Positions 42,106 to 55,809 of a DNA stretch of 64,000 nt are shown here, one piece after another (position 1 is the first letter of the stretch; each line of letters opens with the position of its first letter). A program made the translations under genes and the position numbers. This DNA comes from Eledone cirrhosa (Eukaryota), in assembly GCA_964016885.1 (NCBI GenBank), contig OZ024743.1, positions 169,942,001 through 170,006,000 on the forward strand, in the 5' to 3' direction. Below the pieces are notes generated by a model, which was given only the letters and a program-made list of their open reading frames with translations, did not search any database and was not told the origin of the DNA.

Positions 42106-44694
42106 TGTCCCCGAAAAATGTATACACACTTTGATTACCTGTACAAGCAATATATATATTAGAATGGTGTATACATTTTTAGGGACCCCGGTATATATAT
42201 ATATATGGTGTCCCCTAAAAATGAATACACACTTTGATTATCTGTACAGGCAATATATATATTAGAATGGTGTATACATTTTTAGGGACCCCAGTATATA
42301 TATATATGGTGTCCCCGAAAAATGTATACACACTTTGATTACCTGTACAGGCAATATATATATTAGAATGGTGTATACATTTTTAGGGACCCCGGTATAT
42401 ATATATATATATGGTGTCCCCTAAAAATGTATACACACTTTGATTACCTGTACAGGCAATATATATATTAGAATGATGTATAAATTTTAAGGGACCCCGG
42501 TATATATATATATATATGGTGTCCCCGAAAAATGTATACACACTTTGATTATCTGTACAGGCAATATATATATTAGAATGGTGTATACATTTTTAAGGAC
42601 CCCGGTATATATATATATATATATATATCTATGGTGTCCCCGAAAAATGTATACACACTTTGATTACCTGTACAGGCAATATATATATTACAATGATGTA
42701 TACATTTTTAGGAACCCCGGTATATATCTATATATATATATGGTGTCCCCAAAAAATGTATACACACTTTGATTACCTGTACAGGCAATATATATATGGT
42801 GTCCGCGAAAAATGTATACACACTTTGATTATCTGTACAGGCAATATATATATTAGAATGGTGTATACATTTTTAGTGACACCGGTATATATATATATGG
42901 TGACCCCGAAAAATGTATACACACTTTGATTACCTGTACAGGCAATATATATATTAGAATGGTGTATACATTTTTAGGGACCCCGGTATATATATATATA
43001 TATGGTGTCCCCGAAAAATGTATACACACTTTGATTATCTGTACAGGCAATATATATATTAGAATGGTGTATACATTTTTAGGGACCCCGGTATATATAT
43101 ATATATGGTGTCACCGAAAAATGTATACACACTTTAATTACCTGTACAGGCAATATATATATATTAGAATGGTGAATACATTTTTAGGGACACCGGTATA
43201 TATATATATGATGTCCCCGAAAAATGTATACACACTTTGATTACCTGTACAGGCAATATATATATTAGAATGGTGTATACATTTTTAGGGACACCGGTAT
43301 ATATATATATGATGTCCCCGAAAAATGTATACACACTTTGATTACCTGTACCGGCAATATATATATTAGAATGGTTAAATACATTTTTAGGGACACCGGT
43401 ATATATATATATATATGGTGTCCCGGAAAAATGTATACACACTTTGATTACCTGTACAGGCAATATATATATTAGAATGATGTATACATTTTTAGGGACC
43501 CCGGTATATATATATATATGGTGTCCCCGAAAAATGTATACACACTTTCATTACCTGTACAGGCAATATATATATTAGAATGGTGTATACATTTTTAGGG
43601 ACCCCGGTATATATATATATGTATATATGGTTTCCCCGAAAAATGTATACACACTTTGATTACCTGTACAGGCAATATATATATTAGAATGGTGGATACA
43701 TTTTTAGGGACACCGGTATATATATATATGGTGTCCCCGAAAAATGTATACACACTTTGATTACCTGTACAGGCAATATATATATTAGAATGGTGTATAC
43801 ATTTTTAGGGATACCGGTATATATATATATATATATATGGTGTCCCGGAAAAATGTATACACAATTTGATTACCTGTACAGGCAATATATATATTAGAAT
43901 GGTGTATACATTTTTAGGGACACCAGTATATATATATGGTGTCCCTGAAAAATGTATACACACTTTGATTACCTGTACAGGCAATATATATATTAGAATG
44001 GTGTATACATTTTTATATAATACTAAAAGTCTGTGATTGATTGTTTGCTTGCTTATCTGTAATGTAATACATCCAAAAGGGCGCATAATGGGAAAATAGT
44101 TTGAAAGGAAGTTGACCCTGAAATGGGAATACAAATGGAACAAAACAAATTTCGCGTAAATCGGACCGCGGGTTCCCGACATATGGGATTTTTTCCTGGT
44201 GCCTTCATAAACAAAGTAGACAAAGAGAGAAAAAGATAGAGAGAAAGAGATAGTGGTTGTGAGAGAGTAGATTGAAAGAGAGACAGAAAGAGGGAGAGGA
44301 GACAGAGAATGAAAATGGAAGAGAATGGTGGTGCTGTTGTGTGTACATATATATATATGTATATATGTATGTACACACATATATATATATATATATGTGA
44401 GTGTGTGTGAATATATATATCTATATGTGTGTGATTATGACCAGTGGATGTAGATCACAGACATCCACATTTATATATATATACACACACATACATATAT
44501 ATGTATATGTTTACACACACAGACATATATATATATGCATACACTCACGTATATATATAGGCCTTCCAGTTTCATTTCGCATTATATACATGTCTGTGTA
44601 TATTTTTATTATTTAAAAATTATTTTTAAGTGAACACGATTTTTAAAAAAATATTTTAAAGTGAACATGACCCAACGGGTCACGGGTGGTCTAG
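41871..44694 (+). mobile_element. Putative non-autonomous Helitron
   Basis: A|TCTATATAGTACTAAAA 5' end (second similar start at ~44012); 3' hairpin TGACCC-AAC-GGGTCA followed by CTAG|T at 44691-44695. Confidence 0.55.
41965..44012. repeat. Tandem array of ~20 ~100-bp palindromic MITE-like units separated by short TA runs
   Basis: Unit GGTGTCCCCGAAAAATGTATACAC...GTGTATACATTTTTAGGGACCCC has terminal inverted repeats. Confidence 0.9.
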
Positions 44695-44699
44695 TTACT

Positions 44700-46500
44700 A
44701 TTATAGCTGTTATTTCTATACTCAGAGTTATTGTTTATATTAGTACTACCGTTATTATTGTTGTTGTTGTCCGTATAGGGTTAATCTTTTTGTAGATGGC
44801 AAATTTTGGTGGTGGCTGCAGGATTGTTGTTCTTGTTCACTGATTAAAGTGTTCCCATAAATATTTACTGTGTGGTCATTGGTAAATTTTTCCGGTAGTT
44901 CTACATCAGTCATACGGATACAAATATTGTTATACTTAGGGAGGGTCATATTTGTGTAATATTGCCAGAATTAATAACAGAACACACTCACTGTTTGGTT
45001 AACGCTATAGACGAGAGAGCCCAAATTCTCCACTCACACTATGCTAAACCCATGGCCTCCAAATACCTGATACTCAAAAACTCAGCAATGTCCAGTAGTG
45101 CTAAGTTTAATATTCTGATCGCAGATTTGGTACGAGTGATGAAGAACGTGTCCCGCATGTGCGACCCAACAGAAATGGAAAGACACATCCAACACTTCAT
45201 CAACCGCATGCAGTTCTCTGGCTACAACCAAAGAGACAGAATCAGAGTATACGAAGGAGCCACGGAGAAGTATAAGACCCTCATAGAACTGGACATGAAA
45301 GGAATTTGCCCATTATACAGGAGCAAATCATGGAATAGGTTAGATAGGACTAGACATAAGATAGGGAAAGCCACCTCATGGTACGACAACCAGAGATACC
45401 AGAGTGTCATGTTTGTGGACGCTACCCCTGGAGGGAAATTAGCTAACCAGTGTAGAAAGGCCCTGAGAAAGACCCACTTAAAGATTAAGGTGGTAGAAAA
45501 GCCAGGAACCACCATAAAATCCCTGATCAGCAAAACCTTTAAGAAAAACCACTCTACTAATAGGGAATGTATCATATGTAGAGTAAACCCCCAGATAAAC
45601 TGTAAAGCTAGTCTATAGCATAAGATGTACTGAGGTTACTTGCAGAAACATCAACAGATATAGGCGAGACAGCTCGTAGCATAGGTGAAAGTATAGACCA
45701 ACACTGGGGGGGGGGGGGGGGGGACTAAAAGGACGAAAAAACGGTTCAGTACTATACGAACATGCCAGACAACAACACAACGGTAACATAGACAACATAG
45801 AAGTTAGAATAATATCTAAACATAGAAATGACCCAGCAGATAGACAAATCAGAGAGGCCAGCGAAATAGAACTTAGAAGGCCAAGGCTAAACAGAAAAAA
45901 TGAATGGAATAACAACACCCAAACAAACAACACTGACCTAAGAAAAGTATAAAGAGATAGATAGATAAATAAATAAATAGATGAATACATACACAAGCAC
46001 AATAACAACAAACACATATAAACACACACTAGTAAACTAAGATAGAATACATTAACCAATACACAGTCACCCAAACAAGAACACACATCAAACAAAACAC
46101 TATACACAAACGCATGTGCAGAGAAGACAAAAAATAAATAAATAAATAAACAGACTAAATAAAGATGGCGTAAACATACAATGCAACAGGAGGAAACATA
46201 ATAGCAACACTGACGATGTTGCAGATGTGCAACGTAAGAACTTTGATAGACTATATATATGTGTTGTTTCTATATTGTATCTGTATTTTTTACCGTTGGT
46301 CAGTCAATGGCAACATTGAGGACCAAATAAATTAATTAACCGGTATAAAAGACACAGAAGTGAAAACCAACCAAACAGTGAGTGTGTTCTGTTATTAATT
46401 CTGGCAATATTACACAAATATAACCTTCCCAAGTATAACAATATTTGTTTCGACACACGATTTCATATAAAAAACCTCGCAAAACTAATTCATCGCCATT
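44700..46500 (+). mobile_element. Truncated fingers-insertion PLE with inverted 5' segment
   Basis: 45001-45910 is thumb/GIY-YIG; 44920-45000 is the reverse complement of 46366-46447; degenerate HHR at 46204-46250. Confidence 0.85.
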
Positions 46501-46535
46501 ATATATATATATATATTTATATATATTTATATGTA

Positions 46536-46597
<62 letters not shown>

Positions 46598-46600
<3 letters not shown>

Positions 46601-47336
46601 AAGTGTAATGAATTCTTTTACAATGAAATTTGCTCAAAGAAAGAAATATTTCTGAGCCGTGTAAAACATTTAAATATAAATTAATATATATGATGAAACA
46701 CAAATACCAACATATCTGTATTTATATTGCAAAAGAAAATTTAGTAAGCTAGAATGAAGTATACTAATTATAATATTACAGTCTGTCCATATCGATTTAA
46801 AATAATAAATCAACAAAGACAAATTGTATTGCCAAGTGGCCGTGATGTTTAGACGCATTTTAATTTCAAAATCAAACCTGTTCCATAGATAAGTTTAAAC
46901 TTTAAAATCCAAATATGTTTCGAGACAAAAACATGTAAGGATATCATGTCCTGCTCTCTTCAGTAAACATCCAGGAACAATTTGATATGCTTCACTTCCA
47001 AATAATTTAAAAGACTGTGTAACGCACATGGTTTACAGTTTCGAGCTAGCCTCATAACCGTACTGCTAGAAATAACAGCCATATATATGAGGCTACTTTC
47101 AGCTCAACCTAAGGAGCAATAATATTAAGTGTAATGAATTCTTTTACAATGAAATTAGCTCAAAGAAAGAAATATTTCTGAGCCGTGTAAAACATTTAAA
47201 TATAAATTAATATATATGATGAAACACAAATACCAACATATCTGTATTTATATTGCAAAAGAAAATATAGTAAGTTTGCAATATAAATACAGATATGTTG
47301 GTATTTGTGTTTCATCATATATATTAATTTATATTT

Positions 47337-47345
<9 letters not shown>
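46598..47345 (-). mobile_element. Family C non-coding element (~526-bp period, inverted end) with HHR-like motif at 46893-46968
   Basis: GUUUA CUGAAGA GAGCAGGACAUG..CAUGUUUUUGUCUC GAAA C..G UU UAAAC; 47275-47345 is inverted. Confidence 0.65.
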
Positions 47346-47367
<22 letters not shown>

Positions 47368-47423
47368 TAATTATATAAGGGGAATCACCCCTTATATAAT
47401 TAATAAAAAGATAAAATCGAAAG

Positions 47424-47580
47424 GTTTCAGAAGATCCTGTTAAGGGTGAAAGCAGCGATTCTTTGCTTAAACTGTAATCCGTTATTTTAATAAATATTTG
47501 CTCTACGGTTCTTATATATCTGATATATATTTGTCCTTATCGAGCCCTCTTTGGATTGTAGTCTACAAATTTATTATTAT

Positions 47581-47585
<5 letters not shown>
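47424..47585 (+). mobile_element. pLTR end fragment of the 22600-26920 PLE family, including the CAGAAGA HHR
   Basis: Matches 23591-23751. Confidence 0.8.
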
Positions 47586-47661
<76 letters not shown>

Positions 47662-47757
47662 TAGATGTATGATAAGTTATTCCGGGTTGAATCGGAAGAA
47701 ACCACAGTAAGTAAGGTACTCAATACATAGCAGAGTATAAAAGTTTTAATATAGAAG

Positions 47758-47808
47758 AGCTTCTACAGGACGAGTACTGTTTCATTTGTGAGAAATCATC
47801 AGGGAGCT
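47758..47808 (-). ncRNA. Hammerhead ribozyme in a pLTR-like remnant (47676-48200)
   Basis: AGCUCC CUGAUGA UUU-CUCAC-AAAU GAAA CAG-UACUCGUC-CUG UA GAAGCU. Confidence 0.75.
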
Positions 47809-48307
47809 GGCTGTCTAAGTAAGTAGTGGTATTTATATCTTTTCTTTTCTGGTGGTAGGAAAGGGTGGGGATTGGGATGGGTGGAGGTCATTGGTTGAAG
47901 GATTTAAAGAAAAGGGAGTTCATTAAAAGCTAATTCTTTAAATCTATAGTATTAACAAAGGCAGAAAGTATACTGTAAAAAAAAATCAAATTTGGAATAC
48001 CGATCCTAGTTTATCACTTAGACTAACAATGCCTGTAAGACAGGTGTCTACAGGATGGGTGGGGTTCAATGGTTTAAAGAAAAGGGAAATTCTTTAGAAG
48101 CTAATTCTTTAAGGCTGAAATAAGGGTGACAAAAGCAGAAAGGATTCCATCAACAGAATCAAGTGTTGGGGTGATTCCCCTTATTGTGAACTTTCTCTCA
48201 ATATATATTCCTGTTATCCACAAGCTCATTCACAAGTGCCCACTTACACATGTAGACACACATATACGCACGCACACACAGGCAGGCACACACACAACAA
48301 GCATACA

Positions 48308-48487
48308 TAATTGTTTCTACATTTGGCACAAGGCCAGCAATTACCCAGTGCATTACTGGTACTTTATTTTATCGACCCTGTAAAGATGAAAGGCAAAGTT
48401 AACCTCGGCAGGAATTGAACTCAGACTGTAAAGACTGTAACTCTATTCTGCAAAGCATGGCGTCCGACCTTCTACCGATACTGCCAC
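48308..48487 (-). mobile_element. tRNA-derived SINE
   Basis: Reverse complement of the 20638-20824 family. Confidence 0.85.
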
Positions 48488-48582
48488 AAACATACATAAT
48501 GAAACATACACACATACATATATATATACAAATATATACACATATACATACATACATGTACATGTGTACATACATACGCACG

Positions 48583-48633
<51 letters not shown>

Positions 48634-48839
48634 ACAGGGAGAAAGAGACGATTATTAGGAAGAAAAATTTTTTTTTTCCCTTTTTATTTCTTTCTCTCTT
48701 TTTTCTGCATACACACATTCATACGTATACATATATACACACGTACGCACATTAGGCTGCAAATTAGGCTAATCAGCCGTTAATATGCATAAGGAAAGTA
48801 TATACTTTCAGACGTTCAATCATCTGGCAGGAAGGTATA

Positions 48840-48880
48840 CGGTGCTGACGATAGCTAATAAGCTTGAAACTAGTACATCG
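48840..48880 (+). ncRNA. Minimal HHR, family A copy
   Basis: CGGUG CUGACGA UAGCU-AAUA-AGCUU GAAA CUAG UA CAUCG. Confidence 0.85.
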
Positions 48881-49024
48881 TTGCTTCGTCAGTGTTGAAC
48901 ATAAGGGCATTATAATAAGTGCTCAGTAAATCTATACGTACATATATATATATGTGTGTGCATGTATGTATGTATATACATACTACTGTACATCTGTATA
49001 CATATATGTATGTACGTATGCATA

Positions 49025-49079
<55 letters not shown>

Positions 49080-49470
49080 CAAAAACAGGGAGGCAATACA
49101 AATATGAGTTTATTAGGTATATATATATATATATATTAGACAGTGAGGTATTTTTACAAAATGAAAAATAACCGAGGTGTCCTACACGAGTGAAAGTAAA
49201 AAGAAAAAAAGATGAAATCGAAAATGCAACTGTAGTTTTATTTTAAAAATAATATATATATTTATTTGGTTTCTTTACCAGTTTTGCAGTTCTTCTGCTT
49301 TTCAAGAGTAGTGTTAAGATGGAGGGTCTGTGCTTTTTCACAGACCCTACATCTAACTCTACTTTTGAAAAGCAGAAGAACTGCGAAATCGGTAAAGGAA
49401 CCAAATAAATATATATATTTTTTTAAAAATAAGACTCCAGTTGCATTTTCGATTTCATCTTTTTTTCTTA

Positions 49471-49593
<123 letters not shown>

Positions 49594-49599
49594 ATATAC

Positions 49600-49637
<38 letters not shown>

Positions 49638-49885
49638 GTATACATATATATATATATATACATACACATATACAACCACACATATATATATATATAGTGT
49701 GTGAAACTAAAAACCATATCATTTGTACTGCCTCTCTGTTTTCTGTTCATATAATAAACTACATATATATATAGATATATATATACATACACATACATAC
49801 ATACACATAAACACACATATATATATATATATACACATATATATTTATACACATAGACACACACACACACATATGTATATATATA

Positions 49886-49933
<48 letters not shown>

Positions 49934-50006
49934 CATATACATAGGTACAGATACATGCATACAATACAAATAGACACATACACACACACACATATATATA
50001 TATATA

Positions 50007-51915
50007 TCATCATCATCATCATTTTATGTCCGCTTTTCCCTGCTTGCAAGGGTGGGACATGTCTTATTCAGAACAGCTTCTCTCGACTTGTCACAGTAAC
50101 TCGTCATCTCCACCGTGAGCTTCAGCGATCTGAGGTCTGTTCTCACCACCTCCGCCCATGTTTTTCGTGGTCTACCTCTACGACGTCTTCCTTCAGCTGG
50201 CATTTCCTGGCACTTCTTCACCCATCGGTCACCCTCCATGCGCATCACATGTCCGTACCACCTCAGTCTCCTCTCTTGCACACTACATTCTATCCCTCTC
50301 AGACACAGTTTCTCTCTCAACACATCCATGCTGGTTCGTTCACGCACATTGACATTGCACATCCAACAGAGCATGCTTGCCTCATTTCTTTCCAGCCATC
50401 GCATATCCTCTGCATTTGTTGCCCATGTCTCACTACCATGCAACATCGCGCTCCTCACACAGGCATCATATAACCGGCCTTTCGTACGCAGGGAGAAGCC
50501 CGTTCTTCGTCAGCAGAGGTAGCAGCTCCCTAAACTTCTTCCAACCCGTCCTTATTCTAGATACTATGGCCTCGGAACACCCCCCGCCCATGCTAATCTG
50601 ATCTCCTAGGTACCGGAAGCTATCCACCACTTCTATAGCACCCGCCTGCATTTGAAAAATGTGTCTATCAATGCGACTTCTACTGTCTAATTTCCCTGTA
50701 CATCTACTGCATACGTATTTCTCCCTACCTGTTAGTTTACCTGCTATTCCACTACATCTCTTGTGTACCCAGGATCTGTATTGTGTGCATTTTATAGAAT
50801 TTATGCCAGTTCCTTTTCTGCATATCGAACGTGGCCATTTCCCTGACGGAATCAAAGTGTTGTCCTCTTTTCTACTCATCAACACTTTTGTCTTAGCAAA
50901 AGTCCTCTTGCTTCCAGCTGCTGTTTCCATAGCCAGAATTTATTCTCTAGCTCCTCTACTGATTCTGCTATAAGAACCAGATCGTCAGCATAGAGAAGTT
51001 CCCATGGACAGCCAGTCTTAAACTCCTCTATTATGGCTTGGAGGACTATAATCAACAAGAGCGGGCCGAGGACCGAACCTTGATGTACTCCTACTTTTAT
51101 CGGGAATTCCTCATTCAACTCCATTCCTACCCTGACTTTACTGACAGCACCTCTGTACAAAGTTTGCACTGTCCTTACAAGCCATTCCTCAACACCTAGT
51201 TTCCTTAGGGACCACCAGATGACAGATCGGGGTACCCTATCAAAGGCCTTCTCGAGGTCAACAAAGGCTAAGTATAGTGGCTTATTCTTCTCTAAGAACC
51301 TCTCTTGTAATTGTCTCACCAAGAATAAGGCATCTGTTGTACTTTTCCCAGGCACAAAACCAAACTGCACCTCATATAGTTTGACCCTTTCTCTAATCAG
51401 TTGCGCTAATATTCTCTCTGCCACTTTCATAACCTGATCCATCAGCTTTATGCCCCTCAATTGCTCGGCTCTAGAGCATCCACTTTACCTTTGTAGCAAT
51501 TTATGAGAATACTGCTGCACCAGTCTTTGGGTATAACACCACCATATATAGCTTGATTGATGATGCGTGCAACCAATTTAGTGCCTACGTCCCCTGATGC
51601 CTTCAACATCTCAGCAACTATCCACAACGGTCCAGCAACCTTACCATTCTTCATTTCCTTAATTGCCTCTTGTACCCTATATTCGACAATCTCAATAGCT
51701 GGTCCCTCTGTCGGGTCTACTGAGGGTAATTTCTCTCTCTCCCATTTGTTCTCCACATTCATCAGTCTCTCATAATGACATTTCCAGGCCTCCTTTTTCT
51801 GATCATTCGTGACACTAAGTACACCGGCATCATCCCGGACACATTTATCTCCAACAACATCCTGATTTGCATTGACACACTGCCTTGCAATGTGGAACAT
51901 CGCACGCTTCTGATC
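50007..51915 (-). mobile_element. RTE LINE RT and C-terminus, frameshifted, with (GAT)n tail
   Basis: GVHQGSVLGPLL; LLYADD; Cys-rich insert ICRKGTGINSIKC..WVHKRCSG; RRLRWYGHV. Confidence 0.9.
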
Positions 51916-51919
51916 TTCA

Positions 51920-53605
51920 ACGATACTGACCATCACGTCGATTTCACCATCGAACACCCAGGAGAAGACGGGTCACTCGCCCTCCTCGACTTCCGTATCA
52001 ACATCTCGGAAGAAGGAGACATAAACACCACCTTCTACCGCAAAGCAGCGTGCAAGGACTTATTTGTGCATTATAACTCAGCCCTCCCCAACAACGCTAA
52101 GAGAGGCTATGTCCTAAATGAACTGACACGGATCACTAACAGATGCAGCGACCCGATGGGTGGTCTCACCCATACCACGCAATTCCGTAATCTACTCAGA
52201 TCTAATGGTTATCCCAAGCGACTGATTAACGGAATTAGAGACCCCAGACCCAATAGACAGACACCCACTAGAAAATTAAATAATAGCAGCTGCTTCTTTA
52301 AAATCCCCCACCTGAGTGAATATACCACGAACGCCATCCGCAGGGCCATACGGACGGAGGGACTTGACATACATTTGGCCCACACAGGACCTTCGCTGCG
52401 AAGATGCCTCTCCAACAAACCCGACGAGTCAGATGGGACGTGTTCCCTCAGCAACTGCCCGATACGGGGGGCAGATTGCCTACGCACCTATGTCGTATAT
52501 AAGATTCAATGCGATAAATGTAACAAGTTTTACATAGGTAGCACCATCCGACCCCTACATGTTCGTATCACGGAACATATCAACACCAACGCATCTTCCT
52601 TCCGTAAACACATCCTTAAATGCGGAAACCCACAGGGTAGACCCTTGGTCACAGTCCTAGCGACTGAACCCAGCATCGGATCCTTAAGGATAAAGGAAGC
52701 ACTTGTTATTAAGAACCTCAGACCCCCACTTAACAACCGGGCTGAGAGAAATGAGCTGACATGGCTAACTTAACCATAGTGACCATTCACAGCCTACGGC
52801 CTGCTATCTTCACACACACGCACGTATATGCATACCCATACGCATACACACACACCTATATTTATACACGCACACATGTTTTTACAACCTACCACCTTTC
52901 ACACCCTTTGATTTCCAGCTTCTACAGCCCACTATCTTTCACACACAAACGCACTCACACACATACACACACAGTTACACACACATGTATACCCATACGC
53001 TTACACACACATATCTATATTTATACACGCACACATGTTTTACAACCTACCACCTTTCACACCCTTTGATTTCCAGCTTCTACAGCCCACTATCTTTCAC
53101 ACACACACACACTCACACATATACACACTTACACTTATACACACACAGTTACACACACATATATATTTACACACACATATCTTACGGCTTTCACACGCTA
53201 GCGCACCCTCTTGATTTAACCCATTTGGTCAGTAGCTTTTGCCACAGCCTATCACGCGCACGCGCATTCTTTCCCTCGTTTAAATTTTAAATAATTTTCT
53301 CCCCATAACGGCATTCCTGTCTTAACGACATCACAACTTTCTCCGCTTGGCCTGTTCCCCCCCCCCCCCTTTTGGAACTTTCCCCCGTTGATGGGCGTGA
53401 GCCCGAACTATTGGGATTAAATCTCTACTACGGTAACCTTTGTTTTGTTTTCATCTTTGTCTCTCTCAATTTTCACTTTCACCTGTTTTTTTTCCTATCT
53501 ATCTTTCACTTCCTACCTCGAGATTTCCCTCTGCATTGTTGTGGCTTTCTTAAATACGTATTTTACACATTTCACAATGCTTCAAGCAAACTTTAACACC
53601 CTCTT
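51920..53605 (+). mobile_element. 5'-truncated PLE of a fourth family (possibly Nematis-like)
   Basis: FTIEHP..LALLDFRI..FYRK; CSLSNCPI..CLRTYVVYKIQCDKCNKFYIGSTIRPLHVRITEH; decayed HHR at 53382-53415. Confidence 0.85.
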
Positions 53606-53622
53606 ATATATATATATATATT

Positions 53623-53668
<46 letters not shown>

Positions 53669-53682
53669 TATATATATATAAT

Positions 53683-53714
<32 letters not shown>

Positions 53715-54064
53715 GTATATATATATATATAATATATATAATAGAATAATCGAGTATCGGAAAATCAGCTCACGAATTTACGATAAACAAATCCGACATG
53801 AGTGGCAGAGGGCTCAATAATTCAGATAAATCAGAGCTATAACTATCGTTAAGATACCAACACACAAAGATTATGCCTAAAATCACCCGTGCAGCCGAAA
53901 AATAACGACCAGGAAGATTCGGGTCACTCAGATAAAATATCAATAAATCAATAATTTATATGAATGTAAAAACTTACCCGGACCCACTAGAAAGGTGGTA
54001 AATCTAGCTTCTTGGGTTTCTGCATATATATATATGTTATATATAGTATATATATATATAATAT

Positions 54065-54450
54065 ATCATCATCATCATCATCATCATCGTTTAACGTCCA
54101 TGTTCCACGCTTGCATGGGTTTGGACGGGAGTTTTTCCACTTGAGGCAAGAGTGGTTGTCTTGCTCGCATAGGACTGTCTGGCGGGTTTTCTACAGCTGG
54201 ATGCCCTTCCTAACACCAACCACATTTACAGTGTGGGACTGGGAGGTTTTTACCGTGTTGCCTACACGGCCACATTACAGCGTGGACTGGGTGTTTTTTT
54301 TTTGTCGTGACACCTACACGATCTCATTTGTTTCGGCCTGGATGTTGTGGCACCAACATAACTTTACATTGAAAGGGGCGGTGTGGATGGGGTGGGGGTG
54401 GTGGGACGGGGGGGTGTTTTGTTAGAGATGCCTACTGACTGTAGTAGGTT
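54065..54450 (-). mobile_element. RTE 3' UTR fragment
   Basis: Reverse complement of 38855-39225. Confidence 0.85.
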
Positions 54451-54471
54451 TCATATATATATATATATATA

Positions 54472-54519
<48 letters not shown>

Positions 54520-54622
54520 TATATAATATATATATATAATATATATATATATATATAATATATATATATAATATATATATATAATATATATATATATAAT
54601 ATATATATAGGAACCAGTAGGA

Positions 54623-54714
54623 CCCCGACAGCTGAGCTCAAGCCGTTTCGACGGCTAATTCTGGACTAAATGAAAATTTATCCTGGTATTTAAATAGCCG
54701 ATCTTCTCAAGGGG
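54623..54714 (-). ncRNA. HHR, U3-A8 variant, in the PLE pLTR
   Basis: CCCC UUGAGAA GAUCGGCUA...UAGCCGUC GAAA CGGCU..AGCUG UC GGGG. Confidence 0.8.
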
Positions 54715-55809
54715 TAATTCCATATATGGTCAAAGTGATTGTCAAAAATCAGTAGTAATTCTGTGGTTGCAAATTAGTAGGGGAGATGGTGGCTAAACCT
54801 GCCAGTAGGAGAAAGAGGGGAGGGGGTGGAGTAGACCCAATCAAGCGTTGGTAGTGCCTGCTACAGCTGGGCATGAGGTCAAAGAAGATACAGGGGAGGG
54901 GGAGGGGGAGGAAGTCGGAACGGTAGGTAGAACAATGGGGGGTAGAAATATATAGAAAAGCAAATAAGTGTAAAGAAAAAAGTAAAGTAAATTAAATTCT
55001 ACGACCTAGGTGTCAGGCTATTGTTAGGCTAGAATAAAATAAAGAAAGAAAGAAAGAAGTAAATAAATAAATAAATAAATAAATAACGAAAAAAGTGAAA
55101 GAACTAGGTGGGACGGAATAGGCAAGGACCCTTTTAAGAGGTATAAGTACGTAAATGATACGGTGACGGGTCAACAAAAGGGGCCAAAATACTAAAGAGA
55201 CTACCACGAAATACACAATAAAGGTTTCCATCCCGGGCCAGCAACGACCCAGTGCAGCAAAGTGAACTTGTACGAGATAGTAATTCTGAGTCCCGAGAAA
55301 AATATATACTAATGCTAACTCTAAATGCTAAAAGATCTAAGACAAGCTACATGAAAGTTCGTACGAAATAAAGGTAGAAAACGGAGAAATAAATTCAGAA
55401 TCCACCCCGCCCAGAAGAAAAGCGAAGCAAGAGATGCTGAAACGAAAAAATAAGGCATAAGTGCCACTAAGAAATATAGAGGGCACAGAGAATAGTGGGA
55501 GCGGTCGGAAAAAGGGGGCAAGTATCCGGGGTCTAAGCCAACTGCTATAAAGGGCGGAGTCCGCCAAATCTATCATAGACTAGGGGAGGGGGTGATGGGG
55601 GTACTAAGGCTACGTGGGGCCAAAGGGCAGCCTCGGGTGGGCGAGAAAAGACGCCGACAAAGGAGAAGAGCTGGGGTAGAAGGACAAAGGAGAGAGGGGG
55701 GAAGGAAATAAAGGAAGCGATAAAAGAATACAAAGAAGATCTTACGTCTTCCTTGGCAAGCAGGGGTTACCCATTGCAAAATCGGCAAGTGGGGTGTTAT
55801 AGCCCTAGT

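Noticed and set aside
41965-44012. CRISPR-like regular repeat array
   Set aside because: Whole units repeat with no unique spacers, there are no cas genes, and the context is eukaryotic
51775-52773. 332-aa ORF as a single novel fusion protein
   Set aside because: The first ~48 codons are antisense RTE sequence that happens to be open into a truncated PLE
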